DNA of 64,000 nucleotides from Schizochytrium sp. TIO01 (GCA_004764695.1 SMSO01000033.1:1426001-1490000), one strand, 5' to 3'; numbered from the stretch's first letter, positions 49,401 through 61,700 are shown. Numbers and translations: made by a program. Notes: generated from the letters alone by a model not told the origin.

Positions 49401-49870
49401 CGCCAGTCAACAGCTTCTAGGGAGAATCTAGGCTGTGTTGAGGGATCGTCTTCTTCATCTATTAGGTCTTCGTCCTCTTCGTTATGTTCATCAAGGTAGT
49501 GTTCGAGACCAGACCCTGCGGAGAGAGCCGAATAAGATCTAGCGCCCATGCTGGTTGCTCTTCGCAAAAAAGTAGCATCTGGGGGTGTTGCTTTGCTCAG
49601 GGACAAGCCCGTGTCCTGATCCATATCTTGGAAAGGGTTACCACTAGGTTTAGATGGGCCCATCGCTGTGGTCTGTTTTGAGTTGGGTTTTTGAGCGTTA
49701 CTACTGTTTACTTCAGAATTTACCGGAGGTTTGGATGCTTCATCTTCATCGGCATCAAACGGGTTCTTCGATGCTGAAGAGGCAGTGGGCTGCAGAGGCG
49801 GTGTGCGGGCATTTTGCCTCGTAATTCGAGGGTTTCTAGCCCCAGCATTCCAGTCATCGAAGAGTGACAT
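46415..49870 (-). CDS. VPS18: Vacuolar protein sorting 18 (PEP3), HOPS/CORVET subunit
   Basis: Beta-propeller ILLGSSRGGIWE and TEFHYVLLY, clathrin-repeat solenoid (WLVEIYL, RKLWLMIA, IEDVLQFLPD), split C-terminal RING CDLC...FYVFPCTHAFHSTC...CPFCGD. ATG at 49870. Confidence 0.95.
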   Translation of the reverse strand: MSLFDDWNAGARNPRITRQNARTPPLQPTASSASKNPFDADEDEASKPPVNSEVNSSNAQKPNSKQTTAMGPSKPSGNPFQDMDQDTGLSLSKATPPDATFLRRATSMGARSYSALSAGSGLEHYLDEHNEEDEDLIDEEDDPSTQPRFSLEAVDWRYGLGNDVSSLRSMTSGNGNSIFVVAAGSGTTEQVWLWLAQSHRKVQVQISSHDPRQNPVHKCFICPLGHHAVISLENGDNYYVSIASANTTTVKSRGPIQRLKDVVIDSIGWDRENQLRDSTGTILLGSSRGGIWEVSIEDALRGKEKKYIQKVYQLGMSIPVCGLETIRLRPSRGTVSWYVMAVTAPLTRFYEFSGGPTLESMFKLYEAPEHQSFRELPGEMAYSELRCFAESASARPSSFMLLSEGGLYIGRLEFTADSQSGEKVTSRHNMIYFPSRTKGTGEELAGPPLSAVETEFHYVLLYASWLIVVGKLNEEVVYEQKIDSARLGATLSLVWDPARLEIFLCSKLDIQRLLIQNEDGNVWKLFLDQARAGDPSKFDEALQKCKTDAQRDKVISLRADYYFSSQEYDLAAEDYAECRRSFEDVSLMFIDSNQRKSLRTYLLLKLAKLPTTQNTQRTIVCVWLVEIYLETITTLSDEATKGEDPSKQAEVDSLEDEFHSFMRDYVLTLRPTKDTIYKLIAGHGRDSDFLAYAKINGDYERVIVRHMLRGRYDLSVDTLAAQSQVWRSMDEDPPAAILNLFYKYSPELIEHQPSELVDTWIDSSFLDPCKLIPAIVRFTQSSAGKDPAEAVRYLEHCINVQGNQSEAIHNLLLSLYAARPDDGALRKFLQSPNRCFDLKYALRVCSEHNQTNAAVDIYSIMDLYAEAVELALKVDLDLAKFNAGMAQDAATRRKLWLMIAEHEIKAAVEQQSTSIDAEAPIQRALLLLSESDALTIEDVLQFLPDVVAIGELKDEICRTLEHYGQEIDSLKAEMAEFTDAAEAIRDEINAQNDTFMVVNPDYSCDLCGLPVLEKAFYVFPCTHAFHSTCLLNEVARHVGKDQQNKIDLLRSYLELQEEVQAGLNGDVTVTSTLDSVTATSVDPIDTGVSHGLPRGAPRDPTTLSKEDREKLSALDNFIAAACPFCGDLMIQSIAEPFISEDEEREAEAWAI

Positions 49871-50703
49871 CAAGTTTGTCGGTGTTGTATCAAAGGTGAT
49901 ACTACCTCAGTTTAGATATTGAGGCGGTCAGGTTCAACGTCGGTGTATCCCACGATCGCAACGCACTTCCCTTGCTCACAGCTGGCGAAGATCCCGTTAG
50001 CACAACTTTACCAAATCCACTCAGCTGTGCCGCTAGCCAGGCCACCTTTGCGGAGTTTACTTGCAAGGCACCGAGAAGTCTTCGTTCTCCGTTGCGAATT
50101 GATTTTGTTCCTCTACAGCTATCGTCATCAAGTAGGGCCTACCTAAGGCACCTCTAAAGATAGATCCTCCATCTTTCCATTGTTACCCTTCCATAGCATT
50201 AATTCCACAATATTGCTCTACAATGAATAGCAGGGTACAGATACAACATGGCGACAATCATGATTCCCGATGCAGACTACGCAAGTTCACTTCTGCATGG
50301 CGTCTCAGCCGCTTCATCAGCTCCATCTCCATCTCCGGAGCGTCCAGCATCTTGCAAAATAACACGCGTATTCATTCGTCATCAGGTACATAGATGCTAT
50401 CTCTCTCTCACCACCTTGAATGTCTTCAACGTTGGTAGATTGTGGCTATTTCTAGTAGAGCACCCATCGTATGCCAAGAACTCAAGTCCCTTCGAGGCTC
50501 ACTCATCTCTCTTCAGCGAAAGTCCCTCCAAACGAACAGTCTAAATCTGCTGCTTCTCACCGTGCTCGCAGGTTAGGGCCCGAAATCGTAGAATTGTCGC
50601 GAGACTCTCCAGGTCGCCATTGCGTCAAGGTGCCTACTGCTGGTCAGCACACGCAGTAAATAGTCAATGATAAACAAGCCTTGCGACGACTTGCTCGAAG
50701 GGA

Positions 50704-50775
50704 ATCAATCATCAATCATCAATCATCAATCAATCAATACATCAATCAATACATCAATCAATCAATCAATCAATT
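50704..50775. repeat. Imperfect (ATCA)n/(AATCATC)n repeat
   Basis: atcaatcatcaatcatcaatcatcaatcaatcaatacatcaatc... Confidence 0.85.
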
Positions 50776-50963
50776 AATACATCATAAGCAGAGTGATGCA
50801 CACGCCTTATCAGCAGCAAACGATCCATAGTTACGCTGTGATTGATTACATACATGTCTGAGCGCGGATAAGGATACAGTACGGATAGACGTAATCGCTT
50901 CTAAACGAAGCCCTCAAAGTGAGCTTGCAAAAGAGCTTTTGCTGTCGTTGAGCTGTATGAAGG

Positions 50964-51043
50964 TATGTATGTATGTATGTATGTATGTATGTATGTATGT
51001 ATGTATGTATGTATGTATGTATGTATGTATGTATGTATGTATG
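50964..51043. repeat. (TATG)n microsatellite
   Basis: About 20 perfect units. Confidence 0.97.
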
Positions 51044-51457
51044 CATGTATTTACATATTATTGCTCACATGGTCGCCGCTTGCTTTGGGCTAATTCTGCG
51101 ACTTACTTCGGCGTCCTTGACCAGCGATGAACCGGAGCACCTTTGGTGTGCTGTAAGCTCGAGAGCGGGTTAGCCACGGCAGAAGAGCAGACATGGTGGA
51201 TAAATAAATGTGAAAGATGGCTTCTGTAGATACTTGGAATGATGATCAATATTATCCATCAATTAAGCTTAAGTTTAAGAATGATCTTAGATCGATCCAA
51301 GAAAGAAAGAAAGAAGTATCGGGTAGGAGCGCATAAGGCACTGCTAAGGTGAGGGATAATAAGGATTAGAAGAAAAGAAAGACAAGAAAGCAAGCGCGAG
51401 CAAAGCCCTTTGTTGGCGGAGTCTAGAACACCGAAAGTCTGTATTCCACGCGCGAAG

Positions 51458-53991
51458 ATGGCGGACGAGCAGGAGTCAAAGCTGCAGGAGCAGCTCGCGG
51501 AGGCCGGAGCCCGCCTCGTGGCCCAGGTAAGTACCTCGTCGGGTGTTCTGCTTGCATCGCGCCGCCGCGATGAACGAGCAAACAAACAATTGATTTATTG
51601 AATGAATGGCGCTGGTGCTCTTTCGTTTCCCTTTCCATCCTCTCCTTTGCTTTGTCGGTCAACCCGATTTAAGGTCGCGCTTGTCAGCTGGCTTGCTCGC
51701 CCGAAAACTGGCCTGTCCCCGGTATCCCTAAGCTAGTGCGTGTTGACTGGAGAAGCGAGCTATCCTTTGGATTAGTCCTCCATATTTGCTGATGAATGGG
51801 TTTCGCTGCTGCGAAGGATTTTGGTATTATGAAATTATTGAGGAAAGACCATAATCCACGAAAGATCAAGCAGCGTAAATGACGACTTGAAGTGGTATGC
51901 GTACGACATCTACTTAATTGTGGACAGTGATGACTGACGTGTCTGATGGCAATATTTGTTTACTTTGCTTGGTGTTGACAAATACAGAAAAGTCTGATCC
52001 GTCAGCTCAAGGCTGATGGTGCCCCCGGTGAGCAGGTTGCCGCGGAGGTGACCAAGATGAAGGATATTCAGGCTGATGTAGACAAGCTCCAGGCTCAGAT
52101 CACTGGACCGGTTTTTGATCGCGATGGCTTTGATGATGTGGTTTTGCGCCGTATGATTGTGGTCCCCTCGTTCGAGATCCACGGTGGTACTAGCGGCTTC
52201 TTTGACTACGGCCCTGTTGGTTGCGCGCTTAAGGACAACATTATCAACGAGTGGAAGAAGCACTTTGTGCTCCGTGAGCGCATGCTTCAGCTCGAGGCCA
52301 CTTGCTTGACCTCCGAGCCTGTTCTCAAGACCTCTGGTCACGTGGACCGTTTTGTTGATCTCATGGTTAAGGATGACGCCACTGGTGTTTGCTACCGTGC
52401 CGACAAGATGCTCGAGGACCACATCGAGAACCTCATCGAGGCTGACCCCGGCATGCCGACCGAGAAGAAGGAAGAGCTTGAGCGCATCTACCGTCAGGCC
52501 GATGCCTACTCTCCTGATGAGCTCCACGAGCTCATCTCCGAGCGCTTCAAGATCGTTGCCCCGGATACTGGCAACCCTCTCTCCAAGCCCTTCCCCTTCA
52601 ACCTTATGTTCGAGACCACTATCGGACCTGAGGGTCACAACCGCGGCTTTCTCCGCCCCGAGACTGCTCAGGGTATCTTCGTGAACTTCCGCCGTTTGCT
52701 CGAGTACAACAACGGCCGCACTCCGTTTGCCTCTGCCCAGGTCGGACTTGGCTTCCGTAACGAGATTAACCCCCGCAATGGTCTCTTGCGTGTGCGTGAG
52801 TTCACCATGGCTGAGATTGAGCACTTTGTGCACCCGAACGAGAAGGACCACCCCCGTTTCCACGAGGTTGCCGACATTGAGCTCACTCTCTTTCCTCAGG
52901 ACAACCAGCTTACCACTGGCCGCCTCGTGAAGATGACTGCCGGCAAGGCTGTCGCTGATGGCATCATTAACAACCAGACGCTCGCCTACTTCATGGTGCG
53001 CACTCACCTCTTCATGGAGAAGATTGGCATTGACCTCAAGAAGCTGCGTTTCCGTCAGCACTTGAAGACTGAGATGGCTCACTATGCCAGTGACTGCTGG
53101 GATGCCGAGATCAAGCTCTCTTACGGTTGGACTGAGTGTGTTGGCCACGCTGATCGTGCTTGCTACGATCTTATGGTGCACTCTGAGGCCACCAAGGTGG
53201 ACCTCCGTGCCTCTCGCCCGCTTGACCCTCCTCAGGAGGTCGAATACGCTAAGGTCGAGGCTGACAAGAAGGTCATGGGTAAGGCCTTCAAGCGCGACTC
53301 CCCTGCTATTCTTGCCTATGTTGGCGAGACCATCTCCGTTGACGATGCTTGTGCTATTGGCGAGAAGCTCGCCGCTGGTGAGAGCGTTGAGGTCGAGATT
53401 GAGGATGGCAAGAAGTTCACTCTTGAGCCGGGTATGATGACCATCACCCGTGCTACCAAGATCGTACACGAGGAGCGCTTCTTCTGCTCTGTGATTGAGC
53501 CCAGTTTTGGTATTGGCCGTATTGTGCACTCTGTTCTCGAGCACACCTTTGACATGCGTGGTGAGGAAACCGTCAAGGAGAAGGGTAAGGTTGACCGCAC
53601 CCTGTTCAAGTTCCCCGCGCTTGTGGCCCCGATCAAGTGTGCTGTGCTCCCCCTCTTGCGCAAGGAGCAGCAGGAGCAGCTTGCTGAGTCGATCTGCCTC
53701 ACTCTTGTTGAGGCTGGAGTCTACGCCAACTGCGACACCAGTGGTACCCTCATTGGCCGCAAGTACGCCCGTATGGACGAGATTGGTGTGCCATTCGCCA
53801 TCACCGTTGATGTGCAGACCACTGAGGACGGCTCTGTAACCCTTCGTGAGCGTGACTCCCAGGAGCAGGTCCGTATCCCGGAAGTCAACCGTGCTATTCG
53901 TGCTGTCAAGGACCTCTGTGACCCTACCACTGGCGTCTCCTGGGCAAACGTTGTGGAGGAGTTCGGTCTTCTTACTTCCGCTTCTGCATAA
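51458..53991 (+). CDS. GARS1: Glycyl-tRNA synthetase (eukaryotic alpha2 type) with N-terminal WHEP domain; exons 51458-51526 and 51988-53991
   Basis: Donor CAG|GTAAGT at 51527 and acceptor TACAG| at 51987 splice in phase 0 to MADEQ...LVAQ-KSLIRQLKADGAP (WHEP). Motifs DYGPVG, SGHVDRF, LRPETAQGIF, FRNEI, EMAHYA, IEPSFGIGR. 690 aa. Confidence 0.97.
51527..51987 (+). other. 461-nt GT-AG spliceosomal intron in GlyRS
   Basis: Canonical GTAAGT donor and YAG acceptor; splicing restores the WHEP domain in frame. Confidence 0.9.
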
Positions 53992-55310
53992 ACAAATATC
54001 AAACAATTCTGCTCAACACTTTCTATATGATAAGACAATAACAATAACTCTGACAACATCCTTTACAAAACCAGGCTCGTCATTTTTTCTTGCTTGCTCT
54101 TCATTCCTCTTTCTAATTTGGGGTATCTATTTTATAAAGAGATTGCAGATGATTGCGTTCTCATAAGAAATACTGTTCTCAAACGGCTTATTTATTTTTA
54201 TTAAAAAATTGTGAAGATGCTAATATCAACAATCGTTCTTTCATTCCTGACAATTAGTATCTAGGCACTAAACACCTTTCGTAAGAAGTCGATTTCATAA
54301 ACCTCTCAAGCAGAAATAAGCATGAAGAAGTTCCTAGTGCTTCAGACAAGTTCGATTGGTCATGAATGACTTGGTTTCTTCTCTTTGCACTACTTACCAA
54401 TTAAAATTAGAATTAAGTTCGACTCTTTAATTTTTAAAAGGGGAGGAAAAGTAGAATCAAATAAGATAAGAACGACAATCACGATCTGAGACAAGGCTGG
54501 GTGCTCAAGGAAATGTAATGATAAAAAATAAAAAAAATAAAAATCTTAAATCATACTGATGTAGGAAAGTTTAATTCATATATTTCATTCACTATGATAC
54601 CAGCAATAATTTGCGTGATTGTATTTTGAATTGAAGAAGGAAATTCCAAGGTAAAGCATCGTTTCTATTGTAATGCAGATCTGAAAACCTACTTTTAAAA
54701 TAGAACAGAAAACAAGAGTGTATTTATCCTTCTTCGGGTTTTCTTTTCGAGAAGTTACATTTTTATAATTTGTTTTACTAAATATTTTTAGATTGCATTA
54801 TGAAAAAATGAGCGAGGAATTGGATCGTTTGGTGGTAGAGTTTTATTTTTGTAATGACACACAAATAGGTTGGCGTCATCAAGTCGAAAATCACATGATG
54901 GAACATTTCTGTTTCATGCTGAGATTAAATCTCTTGAGCGAGAGTTTGAGGAAAACTGGGGTTTGGTGAATGAACATTTGGTCCGCCGTTAAAAAGTGCG
55001 GGGACTTTGTACCAAATGATGAGCAGTACATACTAATAGTAGTTCCACTACTGTAGGAATTTGGAAGAAACTACGCAAAAAATTGAGAAACGTCAAAAAG
55101 CGGATCTGGGAAGCTAACTTTCCTAGACCGTCAATTTGAGTGTAGGAAGAGTCATTGGGCATTTATGCTCCCTGACTTCATGCTCTTTCCCGCATCAGCC
55201 AGAACTCTTCATCTTCTATTGCTCTTAAATTTCAGTCAGATAGCAGGTGCTTCAAGAGGATTCAGGAACATACAGTAAGTATCTCTGTACATAGCGGAGA
55301 AACAAAGGCT

Positions 55311-56633
55311 TTAGTTGGAGGCCTTAGCTTCCTCCTCGGAACGGCGAGCGAGCTCAGCCATGATATCCTGGAACGAGGCGTTCTTAAGGTCAGTCATGTC
55401 AAGGGCCCAGTCGCGCGGGTTCTTGAGTACCTCCATAAGCTTCGCCTCGTCAGATCCCTCCTCAGGCTCGTGCATGTACTGCCAGCGTGCGGTGAGCGGC
55501 ATGGAGACGAGGATAGACTCAATGCGAGCGTTATCAGGAGTGCTGAGTCCAAACTTGGTGCCTCTATCCAAAACAAGGTTAAATTCTACGTAGCGGCCAC
55601 GACGGAGCTGCTGCCACTCCTTCTGCTCAGGCGTGAAGGGGAGGTCCTTACGGCGCTTCATGATGGAAATGTAAGTCGGCACAAAGCTCTTCAGGCAGTC
55701 CCTCGAGAATGCCATGATGGCCTCCTGGTCACTCAAGTCTTTGTCAGATGCAGTGTTAGCGGGGCGCACATCAAGGTCATCAAAGAAGATACCTCCAATG
55801 CCTCGGGTCTCCTTACGGTGGTTAATGTAGAAGTACTCGTCACACCACTTCTTGAACTTTCCGTAGTAGCTCGAGTCGTGTTTGTCACACGCAGCCTTGA
55901 GTGCAGAGTGGAATTCAATGGCATCCTCCTCGAAAAGGTAACTCGGCGTGAGGTCAGCACCACCGCCAAACCACCAGGTCTTCTCGTTGGTCTCAGGGTC
56001 TTCGACCTGGAAAAAACGGTAGTTCAAGTGCACAGTGGGAGCCATGGGGTTCTTGGGGTGAATCACAAGGCTGATACCTGTGGCGTAGAAGTTGGGTTTG
56101 GCACCCTCGCGAATGGCCTTGCCGTTGCTGCGCATCTGGGCGACAGCTGCGGCCGGAAGAGGGCCCTTGACCACAGAGACGTTTACACCGGCCTTCTCAA
56201 AAACGTTGCCGTCCTGCAGCACAGCGGAGCGACCGATGCCGCGGCCGTTGGGGCGCTCCCACTCATCTACACGGAATTCATTTCCATCGAGTTCGGAGAT
56301 AGCGTCAATGATCTCCTGCTGTGCATCGAGCACCATCTTCTCGAAATCGGGCTTGATATTGACCGTCTTGGTGCCGCTCACGGCATCTTTTGCCTCTGAG
56401 GTCACCGGCGCCGCGGTGATGTCCTCTTGGACAGCCTTAGTTTCAGCCCATGTAGCGCCGCTAGCGACCGCCACGCCTCCGCCCACGAGAGCTACTGCGG
56501 TCAGGCCTGCAAAGACGCGAGGGTTGCGAGCGCTTTGGAGGCGACTGGAGAATGAACGGGAGTGAGAAGAGACAGGGGCGTTGCGACCTATGGACGCAAC
56601 GCGACGCACGCTCTGGCGCAAAGCTGCTTGCAT
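55311..56633 (-). CDS. CPOX: Oxygen-dependent coproporphyrinogen III oxidase with mitochondrial-type presequence
   Basis: VFEKAGVNVS, HPKNPMAPTVHLNYR, WWFGGGADLTPSY, RGIGGIFFDD, RRGRYVEFNL. ATG at 56633 (MQAALRQSVRRV), Arg/Ser-rich leader followed by a hydrophobic segment. Confidence 0.97.
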   Translation of the reverse strand: MQAALRQSVRRVASIGRNAPVSSHSRSFSSRLQSARNPRVFAGLTAVALVGGGVAVASGATWAETKAVQEDITAAPVTSEAKDAVSGTKTVNIKPDFEKMVLDAQQEIIDAISELDGNEFRVDEWERPNGRGIGRSAVLQDGNVFEKAGVNVSVVKGPLPAAAVAQMRSNGKAIREGAKPNFYATGISLVIHPKNPMAPTVHLNYRFFQVEDPETNEKTWWFGGGADLTPSYLFEEDAIEFHSALKAACDKHDSSYYGKFKKWCDEYFYINHRKETRGIGGIFFDDLDVRPANTASDKDLSDQEAIMAFSRDCLKSFVPTYISIMKRRKDLPFTPEQKEWQQLRRGRYVEFNLVLDRGTKFGLSTPDNARIESILVSMPLTARWQYMHEPEEGSDEAKLMEVLKNPRDWALDMTDLKNASFQDIMAELARRSEEEAKASN

Positions 56634-58243
56634 GTTTGAATGAGCAAGAAAATACGGTGTCACTGGTTACTCGCAAGGAGCTTCAATTAGTTTCAGGTTT
56701 GGGTGTTTGCGGCCGCAATTTATTCATCTGCTGCTTCAAATTCAAGATTTATTTTAAAGACTCTTTTTCTGTTTAACTATATGAATGACTATTACATATC
56801 AAAAATATCTGCGGATGATCAGCCTTCCATAAGATTGAAAAAAACCACCAAAACAAAACTTAACAAAACTTAAAACTTATTCTTCTGCTGTCTTAAGTAT
56901 GCTTTGGAAGAGAGAAAGAGAGAAAGAGAGAGAGAGTTGCTCAAAAGGTACTTTTGTGAGAACAACAAGTTTCATTTACCAAGCTTATGGCTTCTACAGT
57001 TTTGGTTAGAAGGCATTGACGGGCCCTTTCTCTGCAAATCATTTCATTCGTCGCCCAAGACAGCGCCAGAAACTTGAGACAGGACGCCAACGCAAATCAC
57101 GATGACATCAATTATGGCTCACCCATCATACGGGTTGCTTAGCGAGGCTCAATCGCCTGGGTTTCAGACCTCGATGTTGAGTCCTCGTGCTTTTCCTATG
57201 GAGGTACCTTGGTAAGTTGAACATCATCAGATCAGATCGACCACGACGCATAAGTGGCCCTCATTAGCCTTAGCGTTGCGTAGGAAGTGCTACTGCCTCC
57301 AGCCGTCAGAGCCGTCCGTTCCGATGCCCGTATTCTTTGCAGCTACTCAAAGATCGACGATGATTATGAGGGACCGCTTGGCTTTTAATACGGGAATGGC
57401 TTAGCTACCTTCTGAGCCTGATACTATTGTGTTTTCTGGTTATTTCTGAATGATTAGCATAGATCCTCGAAAACTTTGATTTACCCATAATTGTGCAATT
57501 GCCATGCATTTATTTACCTATGATACTACAAGAACAAAAGGACAAGAACAACCATGAGCTAAGAGTGCATACTGGCAGGCAGTAGCAGGCAGTTGTTTCA
57601 AGATTTTGCTGCCTGCCAGAGAAGAAACTAACTCGAAACAGGCTATCCTCAAGGACGCTTCGCACGAGACATCGAAAGGACTCCAGGTCGGCTCAAGCAA
57701 ACTCGTTTGCAGGCAGAGTCTGCTTTGTTGACAGTTTGTAGTGAAGGGTGCTTCTATTGAGCATGATCACAAAGGCCTCAGGACCGAGCTCAATTTCGAG
57801 GCAATTCGGAGAGCAGGGCTGTAATAAATAAGTTGTTTCCGTTCATAACTTTATTGATCATTTGTTTTATAGATTAATTTTAATTTATTTATTATATTAA
57901 AAAAACAAAACAAAAAAACTTTAAGAAGTCACTTTTCCTCATAGATATATGTATATATCCTTTGCATAAAAAAATAAAAATAACCTATAAATTCATCGTC
58001 CATCCCGACATGAGAATGATGATGGTGCAGTTCACGAGAGACCGTCCCTGAAGCGCTCGCTTCATGTCGTATCCACATAAATGAAGTCGGCGATAGATGC
58101 CGCGGCGTCCGAGCGATCCCGTCTCTCGAGCACAAGCAAGCGGGTCCCTGGCGAGCCATGAGCTGCTGTCCATACATACGCAATCAATCATCAACCAACC
58201 CAATTCACGATCCCTCCCGTCCATAGTCCACACAGATTACATT

Positions 58244-58245
58244 GA

Positions 58246-58301
<56 letters not shown>
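58244..58301. repeat. (GAAA)n microsatellite
   Basis: About 14 perfect units. Confidence 0.97.
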
Positions 58302-58735
58302 ACCCTTTGCATCCTTGCGTGTAATACACACACAAAACCAAGATCTTCACGATGATGGAGTTCTCCTTCTCTCCTCCCGAGTTGGCCGTGGGCGACCCGG
58401 AGCAGAGGCTCTCGAGGGCGCCAGGAGCAGCAGACGGCCAGCCTCCCACGCCTTGACCGCGTCGTCTGCTTGCTCCACGTTCGCTTTCCGCCGCGCTTCG
58501 AGGAACAGGCCCTTCCTGCACGCGCTGTTAGAGGGCCTTTGAAAGCGGGTCTTTCACAGAGAAAATAAATGCCAAGAGCAGAGCAGAGCAGATCATTGCA
58601 GAGCAGATCGTTGCAGAGCACGTAAACGTCGTCATGGCGGTAGCGCAGAGGACTATCTCGCAGCGCGTTGGATGAGACGAGTGTGACGACTGAAGGCATC
58701 ATCATCACCACCGATTGATCATTCATTCGATCATC

Positions 58736-58788
58736 TCTTCAACTCATCAACTCATCAACTCTTCAACTCTTTAACCCTTCAACTCTTC
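58736..58788. repeat. Imperfect 8-mer tandem repeat (CAACTCWT)n
   Basis: tcaactcatcaactcatcaactcttcaactctttaacccttcaactctt. Confidence 0.8.
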
Positions 58789-61700
58789 ATTGTTCAGAGT
58801 CGTGGCTAACTTAACTTCGTTTCAAAGCGTCCTCCCTCGCTGCAAAGGAACGTTGTGGAAGCGTGGGATGGTATGAAAAGCTGCAGACTACGACGGGGTT
58901 GCTCATGCAGATAGACGGGAAGGATGGATGCCAGTGACCTGGTCGAAGAATATCCTTTCTTCTGGACTTCCACTTGCGTATGTTTCGATGGGCAGTAGGA
59001 CAGTCTGCACAGTCTGCTTGCATATGGCGCTTTCGTTCGTTTCACAGGAGCCCTCCTTCGAAACTGAACATAGGGCCAGCAGATGCGGCGACTGCAACCT
59101 TGAGTAAGGTTGTCCCCGATTATAGTGTAGGTGGCGTGTGCAAGGCAGGCGGCAAAAGCTGACTAGCGTCAACAACTTGGTGGTTTTCAGGAGGTAATGG
59201 ACCTTGCGAGAATCTTTTGTACCCAGTTCTCACCCGGTCTTCAGGTTCTCTGTGACCCTGGTTTTAAAGAGCAAAACCTGGCTAATCCCTGCGATACCTA
59301 AAATAGCAGCCAGCAAATCGCGAAGCTCTGTCACACCAGCATAGTTTTCTCATGAGTCGCAGAAGGAGCTGACTTAGATGCAAGGATTTGATAGTAAACT
59401 CAAGCGTCAATGATGTTTTCATTATTTTCGTCAATGTGTTCGCGCAATATCTGATGTTGATTACTTTTTCTTCAAAACAACACGCAATGGGTAGTTGTTT
59501 TGGCTGAGTGTCTACCTAAAAAGTTTTAACTTATTACCTCTGATGAGTGAAAGTGAGCGCAGGTAGGTAGGTACCTAGGTACCTATTATCTCGCACGACC
59601 AAATTTACAATCTATCAACAAGGGAAGGAAAAGGATATCGAATAAGGATAATCTGATTGTTGAAGTAGAGCGACGGTTTCTTGTATTTGTAATATTCCTG
59701 TTCGCGGAGTCTAAAACAGTGCCTAGGACACTCACTTTTAAAGCTAAAGCTAGAGCTAGAGAATGAAACACGCGTCTGATTCTTCAAATTAGGCAATGCT
59801 TGGTTTTGTTTTGCTTGTACAAGTTGCTAGATTTTCGAGTGATGTGTAGAGGATTCCGTACGCCCTTTACAAAATGATCATGACGCTTCAGCATTGCAAA
59901 GAAATGGAGCCATGAAAACGAAAATAGGAAGAGAGATTCAAATTCGCTCGGACCTCGTGAAACTGGTCTTTAAAAGGTTCATCCACCAGAAAGTTTCCTA
60001 TCTACAGCCTAGGAGGAACAAGGTACTGACAAGTGCATTATGTGACCAAAGGAAGTCGGTTAATGTGTATCTTACACAAACTAAAACGATGGAATACAAG
60101 CAAAAATATACTAGAACCTTGCAGGAAAGACAATATTGCCTTCTTCTGCAAACCAAAGTCCTTACAACGTACGGCAGTTTAAACATGGAAAGACCCCATG
60201 GCAATTAACAATGCGAGAAAGCACAACATAGCCGTGCTGGTGTTCATCCTCTGCATCTAGCTCCAGGGGATTTGCGGAGAAGGTTTAAAAATCAAGATGT
60301 TACGCTAGAGAGGCTGAACGGGCAGACCCAGATAAGAAGATACGGGTGCGGTGAACGAACGGGTCGTAAGGGCAAGCATGATCGAAGAAGAACCCGTGAC
60401 AGTTTTTATGATGAATTTGCCAGACATGCTGACAGCGCCGATGATGGTGATTACACACAGAGCGAGGTGCAATGTCATAACGAAGGTAACGAAGCATTTC
60501 AAGAAGAGGAGAGCCAACGTGGCAATCTTCATCGATTTCAGAAATTAGATGTTCAGCAAACGACTATAGGAATTCGGGAGCGGGACCCCAGGAAGCGGCC
60601 ACTCAAGAACTCGACGAAAAAACGGCGCGTGTTCGAGACATGCAGAATATAGTATTTTTTGCAAGAGATTATTTCTTCCGGAAATTGACCCATTGCTGCC
60701 CTTCCAAATTCTTTTGACGCTTTGAATTTAAGGTTTATAAACTACAGAACAAATGTAACAATGTAGTGATGCACGTCTAATCAAGGAGCACCAGCAAAAA
60801 TCAAACTGACCAAGACTTTTCGGCCACATCTTGAATTAATTGAAAAAGATATATTTTGTGTCTTATAATTGTTTGAGACTGAAATCGCAAACCAAATCTG
60901 TTGTTTGAACCTTACGTATTAATCGTCGGTTTATTTTTCATTAATCGAATATTTAGTTAACAGGAATAACACTTTATGAATAGATCTATCAGTCTTTCAC
61001 AAACTCGAGTTGGGCGCGAAATTTCCCAACATCCTCATCTACGTTGCTCTGGGGCAACATCTGGGGGTAACATCTTCGTTTGTTTGTTAACTCCTGTTCA
61101 CACGAGACACGGACTACCTCTTATCTTTATTTCTTTAAAGTAAAAATGGAGCGAATTGGTATTACTTTGTGTCCAAGTAGACTGGGTGTCAGTTGTTCGC
61201 ATGTGAAACTTCAACAAGGGTAAAAGCCCGACTCATATGGTGTTCTACTACGTGTTGGTATTCTAACTATTGTTAAGACTAGCTAGCAGGTTGCTTAACC
61301 AAAATGCAGCATCTACGAAAGCTAAACTTTTCAGACGTCACGAGTGAGACCACTGAGCAGCGCCGACGCGGCTTTAATTACTACTACTAGGTAAACTGTT
61401 TTGCTGTTCCCTTATATTGGGCTGACTCAGGAGTTAAAACTAATATAGATGTTGCGGAACCACTGAACGTTCTCATAACGAGCTCTCAACGATTTGTCCC
61501 GAATGACTTCCTGTGTTTGGACCTACTAGGCTTTGCGCATCAAGCCAGCCTATATAAAATTGATATCAGCAACGAGCTTCGTTTTTGGCAAAGAACTGTA
61601 CATTCCAGATGATCAGTCAGCACGTTAATCAAAAGATTGAGAATTTTCTTTGTATAACCATTTCGATGGTGCAATTCTCTGGGAGGAACCAATTTCATCC

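Noticed and set aside
29788-49870. Functional gene cluster (bioF + fabD for biotin; BEACH + VPS18 for endolysosomal traffic)
   Set aside because: Genes are interleaved with unrelated functions in mixed orientation; chance adjacency is sufficient without synteny evidence.
51879-51946. Box C/D snoRNA-like motifs (ATGACGA, GTGATGA, CTGA) in the GlyRS intron
   Set aside because: No terminal stem or recognisable rRNA-complementary guide found by eye; needs snoscan/Infernal.
51910-54006. 698-aa antisense ORF over GlyRS (and similar antisense ORFs over CPOX)
   Set aside because: Explained by strong codon bias of the sense gene (few TTA/CTA/TCA codons); no motifs.
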